A stretch of 43,769 bases of DNA, the filler included, from Jimgerdemannia flammicorona (Eukaryota), in assembly GCA_003990765.1 (NCBI GenBank). It is 2 parts of 2 records of this genome, joined end to end, with 100 filler letters (N's around TTAATTAATTAA, not from the genome) between each part and the next. Parts side by side here need not be neighbours in the genome. Positions count along the whole stretch, not along the records: positions 21,940 to 43,769 come from RBNJ01001383.1; 1 more part is not named here. The stretch is one strand, 5' to 3'. Positions within the stretch are counted from its first letter, which is position 1. Each line of letters opens with the position of its first letter. The translations under genes and the position numbers were made by a program. Below the pieces are notes generated by a model. The model searched no databases and was not told the origin of the DNA. It saw nothing but the letters and a program-made list of their open reading frames with translations. Below are positions 33,631-43,769 of this stretch, piece by piece.

Positions 33631-34934
33631 CAGCTATAAGCAATCAAAGAAAAAGAAGAAGGTCACTATTCAGGAAGAATATGCCAGCAGTGAAGAATCT
33701 ACCACAGAAGAAGAGGAAGAATCCAAAGATGGATATGATCCCAGACTTAACCCCCAAATTAACCTGGTGGATGATAGACCAGAAGACAATGTGTGGGCTA
33801 AAAACACCATCCCCATCACCATCAGAGCTATTGCAGAAGAAGCCAAAGGATGCCCTATCTGTCTCAAGAGACATAAGTGTCCTGAGCACTCCTCCAAGAT
33901 CATGGGTACAAGGAAATCACCTGGTACAGCCTGCCCAGAATGCAGAAGGAAGAAGAAGAAATGCAGACATATTTCAGAAATACCTGCAACTGAAGCAGCA
34001 GAAGTACAAGCAATTTGGGGTCAAGAATCATCAGAGGAAGAAGAAACTTCTGATCAAGAAGTCCCTGAACAAGAAGTACCTGAAGAAGAAGAAGTCCCCG
34101 AACTCATTCCTTGGGATGATCCTCATTGGATACCACCTGAAGACAATGACCCTTGGAACACAGGAGAAGGACCCAGTCCAATCACCATTACTCCCAAGAA
34201 AGAAACTCACCAAGAGAAGGCTTTTTGGCTTAGAAGATATCTACACCAAATGGTCTTCCACTCTCCCTGAGGCTACTGCTATCAGTATCATTTATTGGAT
34301 CAACAAGAAAGACAGAGACCTGAGAGATTAGAACCCCCAACTATACTTGTACAGTCAACCACTTTTCAAGAAGTTATCACAAGGTTAAAAAGTCGATTTA
34401 GAGGACAAGGCTTCTGCACCCAGACAGAAATATATCCCTTGTCTACTCTTCCACCTACTTATGACCAAGATGGGTACCAATTTCCAAGGCAACAAGAGAT
34501 CAACAGCCAAGAACACTATTTTTGAGCAATGGGATATTGCAACTATGGAAGACACCCAGACTGCCGAGATTGCAGGCATCAGAAGATCCATCTTAGTCAT
34601 GATGTTGTAGTCCATACTTTAAAGAGAGGAGACAATAGAGGCTAGATCCGAAAAGGCTGAACCAAGAAGCCAGAAAGAAGAATCCTCAAGATCTATGATC
34701 TGGGAGAAGATATCCTAGCTCTCATCAGACATGCAATCTGCCAAGGATGGGCAGAAGATACCACCAACTTCATGGAAGCCCTAGACCCTATAGGAAGAAG
34801 GGGAATCAACTATCTCTGAGATCCCTCTACTAGAGCCAGATGGCCACACCTCAACCTTAGAGCTTGGAGGCTCTCTACTAGTGGAGCTTCAGCCTTAGGA
34901 AGATCTGAACTCAGTAAGGATATTGCTCAGTACA

Positions 34935-35195
34935 TATGTCCTGCTGTACCCCAAGGCCAAACCCCCAACCAAAGCCCACTCAGAGGATGTAGGATATGAT
35001 CTTCACAGCCTGGAGGATGAATCTATCAAACCTGGAAAAACCTTCATGATTAGAATATGCAGAATGGCACTGAATCATTAGAGGACAGAAGATTGCCCAA
35101 GCAGTCTTCATGAAAGTCAAAACCCCATAGTTACAAGAAGTCTCTGAACTAACTGAAGGAACAAGACAAGCCAAGAGATTTGGAAGTTCAGATAG
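34935..35195 (+). pseudogene. dut: Internally deleted dUTPase (element C)
   Basis: AKPPTKAHSEDVGYDL..IKPG, a gap, then GQKIAQAVF..R..KRFGSSD; motifs 2-3 are missing. Confidence 0.85.
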
Positions 35196-35739
35196 GAAGG
35201 AAGTACACCTCCTTCAAGTCAACCACCTCAAGAGAAATGTTCCCCAGCAAGTATACTGGCAACCAGTCAGACTGTACAAGAATCTTATTCTGGAACCTGG
35301 AGAACAAACTACCTTTGAAATCTTTGCACCACCCAACCCCAGAAATCTTTTCTTTGAACCCAAGGAAGATATCCCACACCTGGACATAGAGGGACACACA
35401 TTCTCTGACAAGATGAATCCAGTACACTCCTGAGCAACCAACCAAAGTTGGGAGACCATCATCTTGCTGAAAGGATCCATCATAGGATATCTGGTGCCTT
35501 TTCTCAACTAAATTCATAGGGAAGTTTATGAACTAAACCTATGGGAAATGGCAAAAGGTCCCAGAGGAAAGGAAAGGCCCCTCTGTGACCCAGGAGACAG
35601 TGAAGTCTTCCACCAACATTGGAGAAGAATTGAAACCTCAACAACAACAACAACTAGTAGAACTTCTCAACAAATATCAAGATATCTTCACTACTGAATA
35701 GAAACCTGCCATATAATCCATCATATCACATAGCACAAA

Positions 35740-37012
35740 TATAGGAAATGCAATACCCATCTGGCAGAAACCCTATAGAATACCCCATTACTTGAAAACA
35801 TTCGAAAAGGAGCACATCTAAGAACTCTTAGACAATGGAGTCATCTGACCCTCTACCAGCCCCTGGGCCAGCCCTATACTTATTGTACCAAAGAAAGGAA
35901 GATGGAGACTCTGCATGGATTACAGAAAACTCAATTCAGTCACCAAAAAGAATATTTATCCTTTGCCCAGAATCGATGACCTTTTGGACCAGTTACAAGA
36001 TGCCAGATACTTCAGCAGTATGGACCTCTTCGTAGGATTCCATGAGATTCCCATGGACCCCAAGGTCATTCAAAAGACAGCCTTCCTTATGCTAGGAAAA
36101 CTGTTTGAATACCTCCAAATGCCATTTGGACTTTGCAATGTACTCTCTACCTTCCAGAGGATGATGAATTCAGTCTATGCTCCTCTGATCCACTACTGCC
36201 TGATTGTATATATGGATGATTCCAACATCTATTCAGCAAATTTTGAAGAACACCTGCACTACCTAGAGGAATTCTTCAAGCTCACCTGCAAGAACCACTT
36301 TAGATTGAATGCAAAGAAATGCTACTTTGGGAAACAAAAACTTGAATTTCTTAGATTTATAGTTTCAAAAGAAGGAACCCATCCAGACCCAAAGAAAACC
36401 AAGAAGATCAACAATTGGCCAGTATCCAAAACTCCAAAGGAAACACTATCATTCCTGATGCTAGTATCCTACTACAGAAGGTTTATCAAAGACTTTGCCC
36501 AAATTGCTGCCCCAATCCGAATCCTTCTCAAGAAAGAAGTACCATTCAAATGGACAAAAATACAAGAAAAAGCCTTCAGGGAACTCAAAAACTACATGAC
36601 TACAGCACTAATCCTTGTGTGCCCCAATCTACAGAAGCCATTCATCTTGTATACAGATGCTTCTAAAGATGGCCTAGGAGCAGTTCTAGCCCAAGAAGGA
36701 TCTGACCAACAGCACCATGTGATAGCTTATGCAAGCAGAGCCACCAATTAGCAGTAGATGAACAATAGTAGCACTAAACTGGAATGTCTTGCAGTCATAT
36801 GGGTGATCACCCAGTTCAAGCATTATCTTATTGAAAAAAGGTTCACCCTGATCACAGACCATGCAGCCCTCAAATAGCTATTTAACTACAAGAAACCCAC
36901 CAGAATCCTAGCCCACTAGATCCTTATCCTTAAGGATTATAAAATCACCATTATTCACAAAGCAGGGAAAGCCCACAACAATGTTGATGTACTTTCCTAC
37001 CAGTCTCAATGA
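35740..37012 (+). pseudogene. RT and RNase H (element C)
   Basis: SPWASP, CMDYRKLN, YPLPRIDDLLD, MPFGLCN, YMDD, YTDASKDGLGAVLAQ, TDHAAL, NVDVLS. Confidence 0.96.
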
Positions 37013-38088
37013 ACCAGAAGAAGGGTGTCTCAAGGAACTACACCCTAAAGGAAGCCCCTGAGATCATTAAGGCACAAGAAGATCTCATCCAAAAAGAACA
37101 TCAGAAAGCCCACCAAGGACAGGTGAATGTAGAAGAGAAGCTGCAAACAACATACCAACATTGGCCCAACCTTAGAACACAAGTTTGGGACATACTCAAG
37201 AAATGTGACACCTGCCAGAAGAACCAAGGAAGACAGAACTATCAAGCATCATTACAACCAATCACACTACTAGACAACATCTTTCAGAGATGGAGAGTAG
37301 ATGTAATTGGACCTCTACCAGTTATACCAAGAAGAAACAAATACATTCTTGTATTTGTAGAACACCTGACCAAGTGGCCTGAGGCTTTTCCAATAGAAAT
37401 TGCAGATGCCCTAACCATTGTAGACCTTCTCCATGGACTCACACTCAGATATGGACCTCTAGAAGAACTCATCTCTGACCAAGGCACAGAATTCATCAAC
37501 AACATAATCACAAGTTATGCTCGAATTCACAAGATACATCTCAAACAGACCACATCATACTATCCCCAGACCAATGGCATGACAGAAAGAATGAATCAGA
37601 CCATCAAGAAAGGACTTGCCTGAGTCAATTCTACCAATTGGGATCTCTGCTTATCTGAGATCCTATGGGAAATTCAGAACACCCCTACTGCCTCAACCAA
37701 ACAAAAGCCATTTGAAATGATGTTTGCCAAGAAAATGAGAACTACTGACCATAAGAATCTTGGAGATCTTCTCAAGAAGGCAGAACAGTTACATAATCAG
37801 GCCTGAGGTCAGATTATCAAAGCTCAAGAAAGACAAAAGAAGTACTATAACCAAAGACAGAAGGATCAGGAGATCAAGATTGGAGATCAAGTACTAGTTT
37901 GGAGAAGTATGATTGAAACAAACTTTACTGCCAAACTGGAGCCCAAATGGGAAGGACCTTATCTTGTGCATAACATTAGAAGAACCAGCATCTATTTAAG
38001 AAGCATAGATGGATGAACCCTAAAGACACCAGTATACATCAATTGCCTCAAGATATATCTCTTCTCCTATCATAAACTAGAGAATTGA
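37009..38088 (+). pseudogene. Integrase with GPY domain; no chromodomain (element C)
   Basis: H..AH..CDTCQ, VDVIGPLP, SDQGTEF, PQTNGMTERMN, KLEPKWEGPY. Confidence 0.95.
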
Positions 38089-38584
38089 CAACTGCCTCCA
38101 AACTCTTATCCTCAGCTTCCTCTAAGTTCTACCAGTTCCCCTGCCTCAGTTCTGGAAACCCAATGGAACATATCTTCAGAAAATCTAAGTTCATCAAGAG
38201 AACCTCACTTTGGCCAAGAGACTACTCCAGGTCCACCAGTTGCAGGCATACTATATAATTGGAGAACAATTGCAGAATCTTTCTCTCCCAGACCTAGCCT
38301 ATGTCTGTAATACCACTGGCCTGAATAGAAGGAATACCACTGCTGCAGACAGACTATACACAATATATAAATGAAATCCTTCTGCCTTAATCTAGGTCCA
38401 GTTCTCTCTGAATGACCTCCAAAAGATGACACTACCCACCTACCTCAGCATTATTCACCAAGTAGAGATCCTATTTCCCAAGGAAGAAGAAGAGCTCCTG
38501 GAATGGAGTGACCATAGCTCAGATGATGATGATGGAACAAGTATAGATGCAGAAGCTGCTTATGTCTATTGGGATGATGACTGA
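38072..38584 (+). pseudogene. Post-integrase accessory ORF (~170 codons), same family as the LTR-encoded ORFs
   Basis: One frame with substitution-type stops: QAYYIIGEQL..CNTTGLNRRNTTAADRLYTIYK.NPSAL..VQFSLNDLQKMT, then an acidic tail ending WDDD*. Confidence 0.65.
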
Positions 38585-38659
38585 AGAATTATTAAAAAAA
38601 AAAAAAAAACAAATATCTAAAGAATAGTCTGGGACAGACTACCCTTCAGTGAAGGTTGA

Positions 38660-40246
38660 TGTAACAGACCAAAAATATACTACCTGAATTATAAATTAGC
38701 CAGATGATGTGAACAATTAGTATACTTACTAAGCATGATGTGACTTCTAGTATATTATAGTTACCCATGCCTACCATACTTATAATTAGCCAAGATACTA
38801 GATCAGGATTGTTTATCTGTATCCTGAGGACACACTCATGTCCTGTGGATACACTCATGTCCTGTGGACACACCTGTACCCAGAGGACACATCCAAATAT
38901 TATCAGAAGTAGTAAATCTATAGTTAGTCATATAGTAACCAGATAGCAACCAACTTATATAAATTACCCCAGAGACAAGAGTGAATAAACCTCAGTCTGA
39001 AATTCAGAACACATTTCAACTCTGGTTTGCTTTCTAATACAAAGAAGAGTCTGAAATTCAGAACACATTTCAACTCCAGTTCACTTTCCAATACAAAGAA
39101 GAGTCTGAAATTCAGAACACATTTCAACTCCAGTTCACTTTCTGATACAAAGAAGAGTCCAAAATACAAATACCAAAGAAGTCTCTAAAGATTGAGCATT
39201 GGTCCCCTTTCCACTCCAGTCTACTTTCCAATACAAAGATTGATTGGTACGCTTGCCAGACTAAGTCTGAAGATTTGCTGCCAAAGTTCAAGGAAGAACT
39301 TCACTGCTTTTGAAGAACCACAACTTAAGGAATAAGCTGCACTATTGGTATGCTTGCCAGATAAGTCTGAAGAATCCAAGTTTCACCACCATTCTTGCCA
39401 CTAGCCAGTCTTTCTGATGCAACTTCACAGTAGAGCCAGTCTATGATATAAACTCATACAAATGAAGCCAGTCTTTGATGTAACTTGCCAAGAATCCTAG
39501 TTAATTCCCAGTTGAAGCTGCCAATTCAGAAAAATCTATATCATCTGTCATTTCCAAGTTAACTACTGTATTCTTAGTTGAAGCTGCCAATTTAGGAAGA
39601 ATCTGCACCATCATATTCCCAGCTGAACCTGATTTAGAAGAACTCACACCATTTGAGTAGTATTTCTAGTTATCCAAATTATCCATACCATCTGAAGTTA
39701 TCCATTGTTCCCAGTGAGTCTGAGTTATTAAGATATCTACCACCAGTACAATTCCCTGTAAAGCCAAATTGAGTTATCTGTCAAATTATCAGAACATCTC
39801 ATATAAGGAATCTGTTATGCCATATAAATTGCCTACCACCCAAGAAGGAGAACTGCTAAATTGTCAGACCATCATGTACAAGATCATCATACTATATAGA
39901 AATCGCCCGCTGCCCAAGAAGGAGAACTGCTAAATTATTAGACTGTCACACACAGAGATTGTCGCACTATACATAAAATTCTACCATTCTCAGTTGACCC
40001 AAGAAGGAAACCCATTCATACATATATACATCTGAATTGCTGCTATATCCAGAGAACTGTCCCAATTAGGAAATTGATATACAAACTGCTTGCAGATATT
40101 TAGCTTAACTATTATACCACTAAATACTAAGAACCTCAGGAATCATAGAATATTTTATTGCTTTTGACAAAGTAACTGGGAGCTCAAACCAAACTATATC
40201 AACTCCCAACCTTGTAATTTGCCTCCATTGAGCCAGATATGTTACA
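38660..40246 (+). repeat. 3' LTR of element C (~1.59 kb) with a repeat-rich U3
   Basis: TGTAAC...GTTACA termini; the 3' part matches 30975-31201 and 21601-21839. Confidence 0.85.
38994..39160 (+). repeat. Three 54-bp tandem repeats in LTR C
   Basis: AGTCTGAAATTCAGAACACATTTCAACTCCAGTTCACTTTCCAATACAAAGAAG units. Confidence 0.92.
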
Positions 40247-41166
40247 ATAGCTATTAATTTATTTATAATATAAAATAAAAAATAAAAAAACCTGACTTAA
40301 AGAATAAGAATCTTTAAAAGTTACTATTATTATTATAATTTCAAATATATAATGTAAAAATTATATAAAAAAAATAGGAGCTTTATTCAAACATATAATA
40401 AATATAAACATAAATATATATATATATAAAATAAAATAAATAAATAAATATGAAATAAAATACAAATCAGATTCAAGAAAAAATAATGTGTTTAAGTATT
40501 TACTAGAGCATTCAGAATTGTTTGGTAAGTCAAATTTGAATTCTGAAGAGATGGTGCTCAAAATTTTGTTTCACCACCCCGAAACATATGAATCCCACAA
40601 CCGCACGTGAGGGGGGTGTTGATAAGCTGGCGTCTTCCATATAGATTTCAAGTGTTGTTGGTAACGAGGCACTCTAAAATACGTCGACCAGCGCTTAAGG
40701 GCGGGCACGGCTTTGTGGTCGGTCCGGGCGCTTAATAAGTTCGGACCGGGGTAAGCTTAGCCTTCGGGCCTTCTTCTTTTCGCTTCCTTGGGACCCTGCT
40801 TTGGCCGTTTAAGCTTGGCCTTCGGGCCTCCCTTTCCTCGCTTTCGGAGATATATGTTTTTCACAGTTTTTTGCAATGAATAGGTAAAGCCTGGCCTTCG
40901 GACCTCCTTCTTTTCACTTCCCTGGTTTTCCCCAGTTTTTGCGACTTCACTTTTGCCGTTTGTGAATATTGATTATCGTGCACGGTTCAGCCACACAGAC
41001 TTGATGACAGTCCCCCAACTCTTGAAACCCCTCCAAACCCGTGCGTCAACTACGTGTACCTCGCCATCGCGCGCTCTGCCGTCCCCCCTCGAGTGCCCCA
41101 AACACCATCAACAGCAGTTCAAGGCTCATGCTATACAACGCGCTCTGCAACAGCACGACGACTTCT

Positions 41167-41332
41167 CACCCCAGCGGGCGCGGGCGCCATCGTTGACCTG
41201 ACCTGTCCGCTCAAATCTGGCGACTCCACCGCTGGACGATCCTTTGCCACCCCAGCGGGCGTGGGCGCCATCGCTGACCTGACCCGTCTGCTCGAATCCG
41301 GCGACTCCACGCGCTGCACGATCCTTTGCCAC
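41167..41332 (+). repeat. 81-bp-period GC-rich duplication
   Basis: CACCCCAGCGGGCGYGGGCGCCATCGYTGACCTGACC.. starts at 41167 and 41248. Confidence 0.88.
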
Positions 41333-43769
41333 AAGCCGTCTGCGTCGTCTACGCGGTCGGTGTCCATGAACGAATTCGCAGCACAGAATCCCGGCATCCA
41401 GACATTGTTGCAGAATGGCGGAACTAGGGACCCGGTAGGGGGCAAGAGAATTGAGGTGTACGTATGTGGATCAGATGGGTTTTCTAAAATAGCGGAGTGG
41501 TGTCGTATAGAGAAGTATCGCATGTGTAGCATGGTTTGCAACAACGAATACGTAGTTATTTGTACGGCCATCTATGAACCACACACATTAATTGATTAGG
41601 CTGCTCCCATCATAATTGTTGTGGCCAGGACCACAATCGAGTACATTTCTGCGTATCGGTGGGTATATGTATGTTGCTTTCAAGCAGACGGCGGGAAAAG
41701 TGCCGTAAGGATAGATTCCTTCACAATAAATAAGTAGCGGTGGAACAGTGTTGGCCGCAAATAATTTATACACTCACAGTATGGCCAATGGAGGGTTGCA
41801 AAGACTCGTTGAGTTCATGAACAGTGTTCGTTTAGTGATGAGAAGTTTCTTACGATGGGTGCGTGGTTTATTACTATCGTCACAGACGTGCGTGACGTTA
41901 TGTTAAGTATGGGGGCGTCATTGAGAATCATCTTCTCTACACCAGCTTCATGTCTACTTTCCCCTCCGCCTTCATCGCAGCAATCTCAACCTTTTCCTCG
42001 ACCACCATACCCTCCGTAGGCCTCGTCATCCAAACGAACTCGAACCGTTCCTGGTATGGTGTCAAGTCTATGAACGTCGGAGGGTGGTTCGCTGACATGT
42101 TGCTCTCTCTTGAGCATTACAAAGAATCCAGGCGCGACAGGGATTTAGGTCAGGGGAGGTGGTGAGATGGGTGGAAAGCGATTGGTGTTGGGGTTTGGTC
42201 CAGGGGATGCTGGGGTGGGCGGGGGGTTTGATAAATGGACGTATATACCGGTGGTCGTAGATGATGTTTTTGGTTAGATTCTTTAACATTAAACGATTCA
42301 AACTTACATACACGAATCGGTATAGTAATACCATTGGCAACGAGAGATCTCATAACATTGAGTCGCCCTCTCCACCCATCCCTGAGGGACGACCTTGACC
42401 TTTTCAAAAGCCTTAACACCGTAAAGGGAGGAAGGGTGGGATTTTCACAACGCAATTCCCACGATCGACTGATTCATCCCTGCCTGCCAACCATCCATCT
42501 GATCATGAGCCCTACTGTCAATCCCGCCTGGATCCCATTCAAACTTACCAATGACCATGCCCTGACTCCAGTGGACGGAGAACGTCAGCGAGTGGGATGG
42601 CATTTCACCTCGACCTCGGACCAACGGCAAGACGGTTCCACGCCTTTGCCACCTTCGTCTTTGCCGTCATCATTGGCGAGTTACCATCCATTGAGACGTT
42701 GCCCATCAGGACGTCACCCACCGACGCCATTATTAACATGTCACATCGAGATTATGGCATCGCCAATCGTTATGCAAAATCTCCCTTCAATAGCCATTAA
42801 TCGAGGACTTTGCCTGTGTGCCTTCATTGAACAGTTTTTGTTGCCACTCCTTTGTAAAACATTTTGCAGCTTGTTATCCAAGTGATTAAAATAATTCAAT
42901 CTCTAATGCGCGAAACAAGTGATGATACTTCTTCGGTAGACGAAAGCTAAGCAACCGAGGAACCACTTTTGCCTTATAAAGGACGCTAGGCCGAAAATCA
43001 TAATTATTGCCGATGATAATGTTGATTTGCTTCCTGGTTTTAGGGTTGAGCTGCATGGAGGCAACAATAATTCGGATGGCAGGCGCTGGATATACGATTT
43101 TGTCATTGTTCCAGACTGTCTGTAATAACGGCTTGGCTTATAGGAGCAGGATGGTGGCCTTTCCTGAATAAAGAGCTCGTAAAATATATGACCAGTAACT
43201 GGAGGAATCATTTGCCTTAAAGTGTAGAGCGGCAAAATCATTTTCAGAATATTGCTCACAGATGGGGATGGGTTGCTCGGATGCGGAGGTGAGAGTTTTT
43301 TGTACCTGAAAAACCTTTTTGGCCAGTGAACGGGAATTTTTTGAATGATGTAATGTACATGGACCGAACAAATGCACAAATTCCTCTGCTCCGAACTGGT
43401 GAATCGGGAGAGCCTTTCTTATAAACGGACTTGATCTTTACTTGTGAACAGCCACTGAGATTGATCGCAGTAGCAAAGGAAAGGTCGACGTCATATTCCC
43501 ACATCACTGCCCTTCCGGAAATCAAAAGAAGGAAATAGAAAGAAGAACTTTCCCATCACAAAAGCGTTCTTCGTCTCTCTCTCAGCTACCATCTCAACAG
43601 CCACACAAATAACGTTTGCGTCAACCTTCTATGAAATAGAAACAACCCCCCAACTTCCCAGTTCCAAAAAAATGGCATATGTGGGAAGATATGAGGCACT
43701 AGGCCTCGGTAAGTTAAAATCGAGTCACTATCGTCCAAACAGGCTTCAATTACTAAACCTCCCCCCCCC

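Larger units (their letters stand above)
30975..40246 (+). mobile_element. Ty3/gypsy element C: partial 5' LTR, PBS, gag-PR-Cys-rich insert-dUTPase-RT-RNaseH-IN-accessory ORF-3' LTR
   Basis: ~30975-31201 matches ~40020-40246; all pol domains are recognisable. Confidence 0.95.

Noticed and set aside
38994..39160. 54-bp repeats as CRISPR, or the repeat ORF 38924-39169 as a gene
   Set aside because: Contiguous tandem units inside an LTR; the ORF is a by-product of a repeat length divisible by 3
41600..43769. An intact host gene in the CpG-normal right end
   Set aside because: Only short overlapping ORFs with no recognisable domain or consistent exon structure

Overview
Eukaryotic, most likely fungal, transposon-dense region; no host gene can be called with confidence. 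The window is two contigs joined by an artificial 100-bp spacer (21840-21939). It holds nested, C-to-T-decayed mobile elements: three related Ty3/gypsy LTR retrotransposons with a dUTPase between protease and RT (A 698-6497 +, B 22697-27569 -, C ~30975-40246 +), a solo LTR of family A (7022-8596 -), an orphan LTR D (29612-30974), a full-length L1/Tx1-like LINE (9388-15341 -), two very AT-rich older gypsy relics, a decayed hAT transposase, a DNA-transposon end and two MITEs. Main discovery: these gypsy elements share an uncharacterised accessory gene (motif Y-x-I-G-x2-L...A-x2-[IL]-Y-x-I-[FY]...[VS]-x2-D-[FL]). In C, and as a remnant in B, it lies between integrase and the PPT. In families A and D it lies inside the LTR U3 behind its own TATA box, so a solo LTR is potentially a self-contained expression cassette. 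The same elements show 4-bp ATA(G/A/T) target sites, Cys/His modules upstream of the dUTPase and apparently a separately framed integrase. All homologies are by-eye translations and need HMM or structure searches.
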